Assembly (NCBI RefSeq): GCF_001194135.2
Contig: NC_069001.1
Coordinates: forward strand, 18,298,569 to 18,362,568
Reading direction: 5' to 3'
From: Octopus bimaculoides
Taxonomy: Eukaryota
DNA: 64,000 nucleotides
Positions 13,081-25,503 of this stretch are shown here, one piece after another (position 1 is the first letter of the stretch; every line of letters starts with the position of its first letter). The position numbers and the translations under genes were made by a program. The notes beneath the pieces were generated by a model. That model worked only from the letters and a program-made list of their open reading frames with translations. It was not told where the DNA came from and did not search any database.

Positions 13081-13089
13081 TTTTTTGCC

Positions 13090-13330
13090 TTGCAAGTACT
13101 TGGTAACCCTGCCAGTGCAGGTGCTACTTAAAAGAACCCAGTCCACACTGTAAAGTGGTTGGCATTTGGAAGGGCATCCAGCCGTAAAAACCTTGCAAAA
13201 CTGACCTCGCCTGTGATTGTGCCAAGTAAAAAGCACTAAGTCCACTCTGCTGCAGACTTCCACCTGGCCAGCTCTTGTCAAACCATCCCACCCATGCCAA
13301 CATGGAAGGCGGATGTTAAACGATGATGAT
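13090..13330 (+). mobile_element. RTE LINE 3' UTR/tail fragment
   Basis: aagggcatccagc...aaaccatcc.acccatgccaacatggaaggcggatgttaaacgatgatgat, the same tail as the other RTE copies. Confidence 0.85.
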
Positions 13331-13339
13331 ATATATATT

Positions 13340-13560
13340 TCAGGATTAAATTTGCTTGCACTGATGTTGCATATCTAACGGAGCATACTACCTTCATTTC
13401 TCACCAGTCTATGCATGTCTTCTGCATTCAGAGCCCATGTCTCACCACCATGGATTAAAGTCGTTTGCACACAAGCATCATATAGTCTACTTTTCACTCT
13501 GAGAGAGCGTCCTTTTGTTGCCAACAGAAGTAATAGCTGTCTGAACTTCCACCACCCAAA
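13340..13560 (-). mobile_element. RTE RT C-terminal fragment
   Basis: KFRQLLLLLATKGRSLRVKSRLYDACVQTTLIHGGETWALNAEDMHRLVRNEGSMLR. Confidence 0.85.
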
Positions 13561-13739
13561 GGGCCTTAAAGTTAACCTAGCAAATTTATATATATATATA
13601 TATTTCAGGGTTAGATAAAAAGATGACAGACGGAAAATATGACCTACCTATATATATAATTTTAAAATACGTGTAGTAAATAAACAAACGAACATATACT
13701 AAATATACAGGTGAACAGAAAACATAGGTCACCAATTCT

Positions 13740-15620
13740 TCATCAGTTATTGGCCAGAGGAGTCAAACGCAATTTCAGCCATTATTGTTATTCAGCTTAT
13801 TCACAGGTAAATAAATGTCATTTAGAGTTGGTTCAAATGCCATCTCTTCTATAACTGGAAGGTGTTTGTTTTTTTCTATCATCCGCATGTCAGCAGATGA
13901 TGGTCTATTCAGAAGTGCAGGAAAATGTTCTACCTAGCGCTTATGAATAGAAGCAGTGTCAGTCTGAAGCAAACGTCCATTTGCTGTTCTCACTGGAGCT
14001 ATTGAACAAGATTTTGGGCCATATACCTCCTTAACAAAGGAGTACAAACCCTTGGCATCATATATATCAGCTGCTTCTTGTGCCCCTTTTGCTCTATCAT
14101 TCCACCATTCCTGTTTAATTTTCCTTAGAGCAGTCTGCACTTTCCTTTTCAGCTTTTTGTAAGCTTCGTTTGAGTTGGGGTTGAAGGACTGAGAAAGAAG
14201 TGTATTGCCTAAGTTTTGTTTTTCTAAAAGTAGATCATGAATTTCTGCTGATCTATCTGAGAATGAGTCACAGGATTTACGTGATTTCAATCCCACTGAC
14301 AAACTTGCAGCCTGAAATACTTTTGTTTTGAAATCTTCCCATAGATTGTTTGGGTCAAGATTAATACTTTCTATAGCATCTTGGAATCTTTGCAAGTTGC
14401 ATGATAATTTAAAAATTTGTAACATTTAACTTTTTGGGTACCTTAGGACCAGACTGTCGATTTTTAGGCATTATCGAAAAATCTATTTTTCCACGTTCAG
14501 TTCTCTGCTCTTCTCATGGCCTGAACACTAGAAACGTATTTCATATCACGTTTTCTGATCAGAATATAATCTATGAGATGCCAGTGCTTAGATCTTAGGT
14601 GTATCCAGGTGGTTTTATATTTATTTTTCTGCTTAAACAGAGTTTTGGTGACAACTAGATTATTCTCAGTAGAAAACGTCAAAAGAGCTACTCCATTTTT
14701 ATTACATTTTTTCCAATCCCATGTCGACCTAAAACAGGCCATGAAACATAGTCCTTTCCAACTCTTGCGTTGAAATCTCCCAATATGACCAGCTTGTCAG
14801 ACATTGGTACTTTCCTCAATAATTGTGCTAGATCATCATAAAACTGTCCCATAGTTTCATCAGAATGGGACATTGTTGGTGCATAAATACTGACAACGGT
14901 AAGAAACCTACCTTTGTCAGTTTGATACGGCATGACATGATCCATTCAGATATACCACTTGGAAGCTCTGCAATGGAGGATACTAATATATTCTTGAGAG
15001 CAAACCCAACACCAGATACTCTACGCTGACCCTTAAGGAGGCCTCTCCAAAAGATAGTATATCCATAAGTAGGTTCATTTACTTGACAATCACCAGAGAG
15101 ATGAGTTTCAGAGAGCGCAACTATACCAAGGGAATATTTCTTAAGCTCACATGCAATAAGTGCAGTATGTCTTTCTGGCCTCTTGTTTGACCGCAGTGGC
15201 AGAATGATGACCGGGTCCAGCCTGTGATACACTGGGACACCTGCCAAGCCAGACCTGTTCCCCTGACGTTCCCAAGCCTTTTTTGCCATTTACTGAATCT
15301 GTTTGAGACATTTTAGAGTAAGTTACAAGTGCATTTTTAGGTTTCTGCCAACCAACCAATTCAATGATTTTATTAAGATTTGGTGTACAGGAAGTACATG
15401 TGCAGATGAATAATTTTCAGTGGGTACAGCTTGCACTGCACTACCCCCACCTATCGGCCCAGGAAGACTTTCACCGGTGTGACATGAAAATTGACAAAAC
15501 CAGGAACTTCCAAGGCCTTAGTTTTATTTTGGAGGTTTCATTCTCCTAGGTAGATTACCAACCAAGGTTAAAGGGCTTCTATGTACCCATAAGGTAAGCT
15601 ATCCCATTCCAGACACCAAA
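13740..15620 (-). mobile_element. RTE (BovB-like) LINE: 5' UTR, APE endonuclease and linker; RT absent
   Basis: RPERHTALIACELKKYSLGIVALSETHL; SIYAPTM...LGDFNARVG; TTWIHLRSKHWHLIDYILIRKRD; WWNDRAKGAQEAAD...LKEVYGP-like motif, across ORFs 13934-15289. Confidence 0.88.
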
Positions 15621-15784
15621 CCTACACTCAAACACTCCATGAAGTGATCAAATATCACTCCTGTGACGGACGTGAAGTAGCTCATTCATACATAAAAAAA
15701 AAGAAAAGAAAAGTACAATATGTGATTTGCAAATGTAAATAAGAATTGAATATAAATAATATATATAAATATAAAAACATAAAC

Positions 15785-15885
15785 GATCATCATCATCATC
15801 ATCGTCGTTTAACGTCCGCTTTCCATGCTATCATGGGTTGGACGATTTGACTGAGGACTGGTGAAACCAGATGGCTACACCAAGA
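15785..15885 (-). mobile_element. RTE 3' tail fragment
   Basis: (cat)n cgtttaacgtccgctttccatgcta.catgggttggacg. Confidence 0.85.
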
Positions 15886-16084
15886 TATGCAATTTTAAAA
15901 AAAAAGTAAGATTTAAATAGAAATAATATGTATATAAAAGTAAAAATATACATATATATACTTATAAAAAAGGTATGATGTGTGAATAAGAATTAGATGT
16001 AAATAATATATATATAAAAGTAAAAATATACATATATATACATATAAGAGGAAAAAATGTTATATATATATTTACAGATATTTT

Positions 16085-16275
16085 GTTGGCTGGCTGTTGA
16101 CTGTTCAGGAGTTCTGCCCTTTGACAGGTCTTATTTTTCATCTTGCAGGATGTCCAGCAACCACCCTCCTTACCAAGCAAGCCTGTGGCGGTTGCCAATT
16201 TAGTCACTGATGACCCGACCATGCGACAGGTTGTACTGGATCACATGATGCCAGTAGCACTCAAGTGCGACCTGA
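16085..16275 (-). mobile_element. Probable RTE 5' UTR fragment
   Basis: Minus strand cagtgactaaattggcaaccgccacaggc...ggagggtggttgctggacatcctg...acctgtcaaagggc resembles RTE 5' UTRs as I recall them. Lies upstream of and co-oriented with the 13740-15620 element. Confidence 0.5.
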
Positions 16276-16283
16276 CATATATA

Positions 16284-16289
16284 GCGAGA

Positions 16290-16373
<84 letters not shown>

Positions 16374-16430
16374 CATATAAGAGACCAAAGTGTATGTATG
16401 CCGCTATATATATATATATATATATATATA
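16284..16430. repeat. (TA)n microsatellites
   Basis: Read directly. Confidence 0.95.
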
Positions 16431-16700
16431 ATACAAAATGGGACAAGAACGCAAAACATCCAGACAGTTAGGTGATACAAGAAAGGGACAACAAAATATC
16501 CAGATAGACGATACAAAGAAAACAAGGACAGGTCATTTGGAGTTTTCCTTCCTCAGTCGAGTTCTAGATTATCTTTGCAATTTCGACTGGTTATACTCGA
16601 GATTGCTCCTATCTGGTCAGCCCCAAGGAAAAACTAAGCTAATATCATTAGATTCCTTGGAAGAAAACATCGAATGTATACAAAAACAAGGACAGGAAAA
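16430..16700 (+). repeat. Unclassified interspersed repeat (second copy at 63523-63790)
   Basis: Shared string caaaa.atccagacagttag...ggagttttc...gagttc.agatt...gctcc.atctgg.cagccccaag...gattccttggaagaaa...gaatgtatacaaaaacaaggac. Confidence 0.85.
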
Positions 16701-16709
16701 AATGAACAA

Positions 16710-16920
16710 GGGCAGGGTCTGGAGATGGTTATCCAGGTTGCGCTGGAAGACCTAGAAAATATTGTGGACACCATCCTGGTGGGTAATGATACAAGATTAA
16801 GGGTTGTAGTGGAGAGCAGGAAGCCTTGTTGCTTCAAATGTGGTCAGAAAGACCACATAAGAACAGATTTCCCTCCGCCCCAGGTAATAACACCAGTCAA
16901 AAAAGTAACTGCACCTCCAC
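16710..16920 (+). mobile_element. Gag-like LINE ORF1 fragment with degenerate CCHC knuckle (probably L1/Tx1-like)
   Basis: RLRVVVESRKPCCFKCGQKDHIRTDF (C-x2-C-x4-H-x4, last C replaced by F), followed by a Pro-rich tail. Confidence 0.6.
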
Positions 16921-17269
16921 CTCCTATTTTAGTCATTTTAACTACTGAACTAAGTCTGTTTTAGCACTTCCAAGGCAGTATGCCACTTCTTCACTTGACA
17001 TTTGTCTTTGTCTTTTTTAAGGTGTTATGAAGCTTATATTGTTTTTACCCAGTTTGCTGAAATTGGTGTCTCCAGCAAGATTTATATCTACATTATGACA
17101 TTTGTCTTACTTTGTATTGTATCATGGAATTGATGTCAGCTCCAGTTTGGAAAACCTGTAAATTGTAGTAAGTGCAACTGAAATTATTCATGTCTTACAA
17201 ATGTTATTCCTACCATTCTGATGTTTTGCACACACTTTAATTTCTCCTGCTGCTGCTGCTGCTGCTGTT

Positions 17270-17649
17270 GTTGTTGTTGTTGTTGTTCAGTAGTTTTATT
17301 TTTTTAACGTGCTTTCACTTCACTACTGAGCACAGCTATGTGCGCCTTGGGTATGTGCTGTGGTTTGCTGTGGTGCTCTTATGTTTACTGTATTGAAAGT
17401 GTTTTGCGTAGAATGTGTGCAGTACCCAGTAGTGCAATTTTCTGTATGTCATATATATTTGTAAGTCCTGGTGTTTTTGTTATGTATTTGTCTGAATATT
17501 TGTTTTATTATACCTAAGGCACCTACTATGATAGGAATTGTTTCTGTTTTTAGATTCCACATTCGAGTTATCTCTATTTCCAGGTCTTTGTATTTTGAAA
17601 GTTTTTCCATTTCTTTTAGAGAAACGTTGTCATCTGCTGGTATTGATAC
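17270..17649 (-). mobile_element. R4/Dong-like LINE 3' end (REL domain) with (AAC)n tail
   Basis: VSIPADDNVSLKEMEKLSKYKDLEIEITRMWNLKTETIPIIVGALG. The 5' part runs into a gap. Confidence 0.88.
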
Positions 17650-18249
17650 NNNNNNNNNNNNNNNNNNNNNNNNNNNNNNNNNNNNNNNNNNNNNNNNNNN
17701 NNNNNNNNNNNNNNNNNNNNNNNNNNNNNNNNNNNNNNNNNNNNNNNNNNNNNNNNNNNNNNNNNNNNNNNNNNNNNNNNNNNNNNNNNNNNNNNNNNNN
17801 NNNNNNNNNNNNNNNNNNNNNNNNNNNNNNNNNNNNNNNNNNNNNNNNNNNNNNNNNNNNNNNNNNNNNNNNNNNNNNNNNNNNNNNNNNNNNNNNNNNN
17901 NNNNNNNNNNNNNNNNNNNNNNNNNNNNNNNNNNNNNNNNNNNNNNNNNNNNNNNNNNNNNNNNNNNNNNNNNNNNNNNNNNNNNNNNNNNNNNNNNNNN
18001 NNNNNNNNNNNNNNNNNNNNNNNNNNNNNNNNNNNNNNNNNNNNNNNNNNNNNNNNNNNNNNNNNNNNNNNNNNNNNNNNNNNNNNNNNNNNNNNNNNNN
18101 NNNNNNNNNNNNNNNNNNNNNNNNNNNNNNNNNNNNNNNNNNNNNNNNNNNNNNNNNNNNNNNNNNNNNNNNNNNNNNNNNNNNNNNNNNNNNNNNNNNN
18201 NNNNNNNNNNNNNNNNNNNNNNNNNNNNNNNNNNNNNNNNNNNNNNNNN

Positions 18250-18250
<1 letters not shown>
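17650..18250. other. Assembly gap. Other gaps: 23988-24789, 25890-25899, 27084-27355, 29134-29263, 33863-34018, 34597-34696, 37026-37537, 44002-44011, 50367-50583, 51646-51745, 57988-58051, 63119-63522
   Basis: Runs of N, mostly next to microsatellites. Confidence 0.99.

Positions 18251-18338
<88 letters not shown>
18251..18338. repeat. (TAT)n/(TAA)n microsatellite
   Basis: Read directly. Confidence 0.95.
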
Positions 18339-18339
<1 letters not shown>

Positions 18340-18530
18340 GGCGGAAAGCTGGCAGAATCTTTACTGTGCTGGACAAAATACAGTAAAGTATTTTGTCCAT
18401 CTTAACATTCTGAGTTCAAATCTCACTGAGGTCAACTTTGCCTTTCATCCTTTTGGGGTTGATAAAATAAATACCAATTGAGGATTGAGGTCGATGTAAT
18501 TGACTAGTCCCCTCCCACCAAATTTCAGGA
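18340..18530 (+). mobile_element. tRNA-derived SINE (family B, ctggcagaatc...ttctgagttcaaat...gactttgcctttcatcc type)
   Basis: B-box-like gagttcaaat and central gcctttcatcctt..gggg..gataaa. Matches 45130, 58770 and 60985. Confidence 0.8.
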
Positions 18531-18534
18531 CTTA

Positions 18535-20312
18535 TTGTTGTTGTTGTTATTTCATTAATGCACAACAGATAAGACTTTTGGAAAAATTCCCAACATTGGG
18601 CTACAACAAGTAACCTTAAACGTCAAGAACCTTCCTAAGTATCTTAGCTGTCCCTAATAATAGTTTTCTGGAGCTGCATTAAACTAGGTTTTATGCCTAT
18701 TTTCTATACTCATCAGTCCAATTCTTCAGAAATAGTTCCTAATGCACCTGTAACTACAGGGATACATTTTATCTGCATTTTCCATAGCCTCTGCAATTCA
18801 ACTGCTAGGTACTTTGCTATTTTCTCTATACCTTTCATATTGACTTTCTCATCATTTGGGACTACAAAATCAATTACCTGGCACTTTTTATTCTCTTTGT
18901 TTGCTACTACTAAAGCAGGCCTTCTCGCTTCTGCTACTCTGTCAATTTGAATGTTCAAATCCCACATCTTATACTTCTTACCTTCTAGCACTTTGCTAGG
19001 TTCATGTTCATAACACTTGTCAGTATGGTCAAATCCTAGCTTTCTACATAAATCCCTAGATTGTCATGTCTTTTCTTGTATTTCTTCTGTGCCAGCACAC
19101 TATATTCACTAACTATATGAGTAACACTTTCTTCTTTTGATTTACATAACCTACACTGGGAATGTATCTGATTTTTGTCTATCTTAGCTTTTAACCATTT
19201 AGTCCTCAATGCCTGATCTTATGCTGCTACTAATAAACTTTCTGTTTCCTTTTTCAGCCTTCCTTTCTCCAACCACAACCATGCCTCACTATCACAATTT
19301 TCAGCAGCTATCATTGGAAGTCTATCATGCGAAGGCTTCTCTTGCAAGTCAGATAATCTTGCTTATTTTATTTTTTTTTTAACTGCATTTGATTTTTTGG
19401 TTTCTCAAATTTCTGCTGTTACACTAGCAACTCTTAATATAATTTCTTCACTATTACCTTGTAGGTGGCTATATCTACTGTACACAGTCTTCTACTGATA
19501 TTAACCCTGTACCACCTTCCTTCTTAGGTAAATATAATCTTGCTTCTACTGCTCTAAGATGAAGTTCATTTGTATTGAATTCATATTGAGTTCTTCTGTC
19601 AAGATATGCTAATTCAGATTTTGCCTGATGTACAAAAGCTGCTGAGTATCTAAGTAATGATACTGCCCGAGTATTTACAGCCTTCACTAAATTTGGACCG
19701 TTTAGCTTTGACTTAACTAGCTTCCTCATCCTTCTGATGTACTCTGTCAAATACTTGGAATCTAGGAGTATTGGAATCCCTCTTTCAGTGATTTTAATGT
19801 CAGGCCTTCTGATAACTGAATACCTTCACTGCTGACTGCCTGTCCCTTTTTTATGACTAATTTTTCACACTTATCTATGCCAAATTCCATACCTATATCT
19901 TTGCTGAAGAAGCTTACAGTCTGTATTAAAGAATCTATCTCTTTAATTTTTACTAAAAAGCTTCAAATCATCCATGTGGGGCAAATAGTTAATTTTTCCT
20001 TTACTTTCTCTAAACTGATACCTTGCCTAATACTAAACAGAGTGGGGTTAAACATAACACAAGTATTAAAGAGGATAATGAGTCTCCCTAGAAAATCCTC
20101 TCTTGATGTTAATTTCCATAAAACTGTATCACCTGAGTAAAGATCTACTTTCCATTTCTTCCTGATTAAACTTCTTATGTTGTCTGCAATACAGAATATA
20201 CTCAAACATTCACTTATCCATATATGTGGCATCATTTCATGAGCTTTCTTATAATCTTTCTATGCTATTCTTAAATTTTTCTTTCTAGGTTTCACTTCTT
20301 TTAGAACTGTTT

Positions 20313-20364
<52 letters not shown>

Positions 20365-21130
20365 TATATAGATATATACAATAGATCATGCATTCCTCTA
20401 GCCTTCTTCCTGCAACCTTTCTTTTATTCTGAAAGTAACTTCTGGTTGTCAAGATGCTCATAAATGCTTTCTGAGAGCATTGCCATAAACAGCCTTTGCT
20501 TTTGTCTTTCATAAGATATACTCTTCTCCTTCTAGTCATCCTGTTAGATATGACCCTTTCATTTGAGCAATCCTGAAGTTGTTCTCTCAGTTTCCCATCT
20601 AAGTTTCTAAATTTCTTTAGCGAATACCCTCACACTAAATCTGGTCCTGGGCCCTTCCAGATCAGCATTGTTCCTTACACTTTACTCATTAATTCACTAG
20701 TTAGTTTTAGATCTGCTTGCTCCTCACTAACTACTTCTTCCCCCACTTCCTTTAACTATGCTGCATCCTCATTATGATTTACTGGGTTATCCCAGATATC
20801 ACTCCAGATATTTCTTGTTTCCTCTGTATTAGGCTTCCTAGCTTCAGTACTTTCTTCTACACCATTTATTTGGTGATAAAATCTCATCTGGTCTGTCTTG
20901 AACAATCTGTTCTGGCGATACTGATTTATTCTTTCCTATCTGGAATGCTTACCTGCTATTGCTACGACATGCAGTTTCAGCTTTTCCACAACTATCGCAA
21001 ATCCTTTCTCTTTGGCTAAGTATTTTTTCTCAAGAGAAGATTTAAATCTTGTGTTTCCTAACCTGTCTTGTTTCTAGGCTTCGATTCTGCTCAGATCTGC
21101 TTCACTTTCGCTTCTCAAAATGCATGAGGA
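18535..21130 (-). mobile_element. R4/Dong-like LINE (RT to REL), degenerate, interrupted by (TA)n at about 20305-20380
   Basis: WKGPGPD near 20650; MMPHIWISECL (19963-20235); KSKLNGPNLVKAVNTRAVSLLRYS...RLYLPKKEGGTGL (19475-19750); ARRPALVVANKENKKCQVIDFVVPND (18713-18991); (AAC)n tail. Confidence 0.9.
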
Positions 21131-21609
21131 GAAATAAGTTTTCAGGTTATTAACATTATTGCCCTGGAAGAATGAATAAAATGACAGGAGAATATCATCA
21201 AATTTACACAAAACTGTTTGATTGAATTTTCTTCTTTTTCCTTTTCTTTTTTCTTTCCTTTTTTTTCTGTCTTTTTCTTTTTGCCTGTTATAAAATTGAA
21301 GACTGATGATATCATTCCATCAATGTGTGGATGCTGGTTGCTCTTATTCATACTTTAGATCTGAATTTCTATCATTTTGAATTTTTATCACTTTTATTTT
21401 GAACTCGACAAAGACAGGCTTGCTGTCAAAATATTATTCAACCAATAAAATACATATTGCAATCGCATCATGCTCTTCATCTTGTCTGTTTACCTTTGTG
21501 AAGAGTTATGTCAATCCTTTTAAAATATTATTATTATTATTATTATTATTATGGCCGCCATTCTGAAAAGACACAGTATATATATATATACTTTAGTTCA
21601 TATCTGGAT

Positions 21610-23640
21610 GACCTACTGTGGCTCTCATCGGTAGATACGAGATTCTGTGAAAAGTCAATATCAGCCACTGAAATACAGGAGGTGATGAGTGATTGCAAAA
21701 GCTGCAAGTCTCTCGGTTTAGATGGTCTGCCCTATGAATTCTATATTTTCACGCCAGATTTATTTGTCGGCCTGTTGGCAGACATCTATCAAACTGGCCA
21801 AGGTGTAAGCGAAAAGGTTGGTGCTCGTTGTCGGAGAAATGCAAATGTGCACAATCCCAAATAGGTCTATCTATGACAATCTTCAACTTGTGCGATACAT
21901 CGTAGAGAGTGCTGTAACTAAAGTTGGCTTTTGTGAAGCACTGATCAATTTAGATCAGTCAAAAGCATTCGATAGGGTTGGCCATCGTTACTTGGAAGCC
22001 ATCCTTAAAGGGCCGGGTTTGAACCCTTTTTCAGAGGCTGGAGCACTGCAATGCACAGCAGTACCTGATCAGTAGTCAAAGTAAACAGCCACCTTGTGGA
22101 ACCATTTTGCATCACACACTTGGTCCATCATGGCTGCCCAATGTCACCTCTTCTGGATGTGCTGGCTCTCAAGTCATTGCTGCAAAAGTTAGAACAGTTG
22201 AGGATCATCCCTTTCGAACTGGACAGGCAGTGATGACGTATGCAGACGATGTCACCATCATGGTGTCAGATGCCTCAAAAGTGGAGATCGTCAGCTCCAT
22301 TCTAAAGGAATATAAGTCAGTTGCAAAGGCCAGAAGCAATGCCAATAAGTAAGTGGGTTTGCAACTGGGCACCTGAAGAGGCAGATCAATGCTGTCAAAC
22401 AGTGTCATCAGACGCTGAACTGATGGACCAGTTAAACTGTTCAGGGTCTGGTTCAGTTCCAACCTCCAGATGAATAAGGACTGAGATGAGGTGATGGAGG
22501 GGTGGCCAGTTTTACCCAGAAATGGGTACAGGGGAAGCTATCCCTGTAAGGCCAGGTAGAGGTGGTGAATGTCTACATCACCTCCATCATCATTTATTGC
22601 CTGACCATCGTACCTTTACTGCTTGATCAGGCTGGAGAGTCTCTTGTTTATTTTCTTGTGGAAGAGACGTGTTCCATTGGTCAGGTGGTCAATCTGCTGC
22701 CAACACCCTTTGTATGATGGCTTAAGCATGCCATGGTTGTTCCACCTGCAACGATTTCTAGACAGTGAATGTGTATAGGCTTTGTTTGTGAGATATATCT
22801 TTCTGCAGCTCATGTCATTGATGGAGCTGCAGTGCTGGATGAAGGATAGGCTGAGACTGGGTGCCTGGCACCTAGAATGTCTTCTACCAGTCGGGCAATA
22901 AGACTGGTCGATTGCCCACTTTAGCAATTTTTAGAGGATTAGCAGTAGGGAAGTGTGACAACGTTCTTGGGGTGACCCTGGGTGTCGATCGACGAAAACA
23001 AACTGGCCAGTCTGTTCTGGAGGACATTTGGGTTGGGAACTATCATGGCTAATTTCTTAGGTCTGACAGTGCTATTGGGGGTGCTGCTGGTTCAAAATAA
23101 ACCCCACAGGCATGGGCGTGCTGTTAAGTTTGTCTGAAGTGTGTGCAGAGCAATGCACCTTTTGTCACACACTCACTCAGTGTTCAGGCATTGCTAACTT
23201 GTGGAGTTATGTCGAACAGTTGATGTCATGTGTTGGACAGATCTGTCTGTTGGCCAAGTCCATAGTGATGATTGCCTTGCTGCCCTCCTTTAATCAGGCA
23301 GGTAAGGCAGTTTTTCTTTACCTGGTGGCTTTGGAGAAAGCAGTTGTGTGGGGTGGACAAGGTTGAAAGGAATGGAGACAGACATTTCTCTTTGATAGAG
23401 TGAGGGTGAAGAGGGGGATGCTGTCTTTGAGTAGATTTATTGAAACGTGGGTGAATGTTTCAAAAATGGCAAGAGTGGATGGTACCACTCTAAGTGTAGA
23501 CCTGTAAGTTGGAGAAAAGGGATTGGTGATGGTACTTGTCTTTGCTATTCAAGATCTTGGACGGTGAGGTTCCTTGATTATCCCTAGAGGTCATCCTGTA
23601 TCAGGAGGACCACATCATTATTGTCTTTTTTTCTCTTTTT
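21610..23640 (+). mobile_element. Tx1/L1-clade LINE RT region, degenerate
   Basis: KSLGLDGLPYEFY; IPNRSIYDNLQLVRYI...INLDQSKAFDRVGH; TYADDVTI; C-terminal VFLYLVALEKAVVW. Confidence 0.88.
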
Positions 23641-23708
23641 TCTTTTACTGTTGTATACTATGTATGCTTCTCTGGCGGTTACGACGACAAACAAAAACGG
23701 AAAAGGGA

Positions 23709-23948
23709 TGTAATGAGAGTAATCTCTCTTGAGCTTCTAGAGTGTTCGAGATTCTTCTGGAAGCTTCTGGTTTTACGTGGAAATCGGGGACTTCCAGTCC
23801 ATCCCTATATAAAGGAAAGAAATTCTAAATTCACGCAACCTGTTAGTTCTTCAACACATACTGGATCGAGTCACCGCACTTCACGCCCACTCGCTCGCCT
23901 TTCTTGGAGCATATTACTCTACCTTGTTTCACATTTATGTGCTTACTC

Positions 23949-23950
<2 letters not shown>
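23709..23950 (+). mobile_element. Possible LTR fragment
   Basis: Begins TGTAATG, has repeated cttctaga/ttctgga motifs and a TATA-like ccctatataaagg, and retains CpG. The end is lost in (TA)n and a gap, so no CA terminus or TSD is visible. Confidence 0.35.
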
Positions 23951-23987
<37 letters not shown>

Positions 23988-25116
23988 NNNNNNNNNNNNN
24001 NNNNNNNNNNNNNNNNNNNNNNNNNNNNNNNNNNNNNNNNNNNNNNNNNNNNNNNNNNNNNNNNNNNNNNNNNNNNNNNNNNNNNNNNNNNNNNNNNNNN
24101 NNNNNNNNNNNNNNNNNNNNNNNNNNNNNNNNNNNNNNNNNNNNNNNNNNNNNNNNNNNNNNNNNNNNNNNNNNNNNNNNNNNNNNNNNNNNNNNNNNNN
24201 NNNNNNNNNNNNNNNNNNNNNNNNNNNNNNNNNNNNNNNNNNNNNNNNNNNNNNNNNNNNNNNNNNNNNNNNNNNNNNNNNNNNNNNNNNNNNNNNNNNN
24301 NNNNNNNNNNNNNNNNNNNNNNNNNNNNNNNNNNNNNNNNNNNNNNNNNNNNNNNNNNNNNNNNNNNNNNNNNNNNNNNNNNNNNNNNNNNNNNNNNNNN
24401 NNNNNNNNNNNNNNNNNNNNNNNNNNNNNNNNNNNNNNNNNNNNNNNNNNNNNNNNNNNNNNNNNNNNNNNNNNNNNNNNNNNNNNNNNNNNNNNNNNNN
24501 NNNNNNNNNNNNNNNNNNNNNNNNNNNNNNNNNNNNNNNNNNNNNNNNNNNNNNNNNNNNNNNNNNNNNNNNNNNNNNNNNNNNNNNNNNNNNNNNNNNN
24601 NNNNNNNNNNNNNNNNNNNNNNNNNNNNNNNNNNNNNNNNNNNNNNNNNNNNNNNNNNNNNNNNNNNNNNNNNNNNNNNNNNNNNNNNNNNNNNNNNNNN
24701 NNNNNNNNNNNNNNNNNNNNNNNNNNNNNNNNNNNNNNNNNNNNNNNNNNNNNNNNNNNNNNNNNNNNNNNNNNNNNNNNNNNNNNNNNATATATATATA
24801 TATATATATATACATATACATGTAACATGGTATAATTATAAACAGGGTAAATTTTAGCCATTTCTCTGCAAGACTATACAAATGATGAACAATCTTAATC
24901 GATTTTTGAACGTTATTGGGTTCTCATCAGAGGCGTCCACAGCATTTTCACACTCTCCAGTGAAACAAGCAGCCAAACTGTTTATATATTCAACAAATAC
25001 AGCTGTTACTCTATGAAGGAGTACCTAATTTGCTTACCGAAAGTATATATATGTATACACTCATATATATACACACATATATATACATATATACATACAC
25101 ACACACATATATATAT

Positions 25117-25213
<97 letters not shown>

Positions 25214-25503
25214 CTACATGTATATGCAAGAGGTAAATGGAAGAAAAATAACAGGATGAAGTTAGTCGTTTGCGCTAGTAAGCCATTAATTTCATTAATT
25301 AATCATGAACAGTCATAGTAATATTACATTTACGATCGTTTCTGTTTACCAATTGTGCTGGTAGACATCATCACTGCATAGTCATATGCAAAGGTGAGAA
25401 GAGCGAAAGACATAGGGATGCGCTGGTAACGAGAGTAAAGACAAAGAATGGCGAGTCTTACATTATAGTAGATTTCTTAGTTGATAATTTTGCTGTGAAG
25501 TGG

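Noticed and set aside
16149-16230. Apparent plus-strand exon (tttttcatcttgcag|GATGTCCAG...ACAG|gttgta)
   Set aside because: Has a good acceptor, but the opposite strand looks like an RTE 5' UTR and the peptide has no recognisable homology. Exonisation cannot be excluded without RNA-seq.
16530-16590. Hammerhead-like CTGAGGA...GAA in the 16430 and 63523 repeat
   Set aside because: One extra base before stem II, no A15.1-U16.1 pair, and no helix I.
25345-25420. Possible minus-strand micro-exon (accag|RIPMSFALLTFAYDYAVMMSTSTI|gtaaac)
   Set aside because: Short, no homology recognised, adjacent to the Penelope 3' region, and expected by chance.
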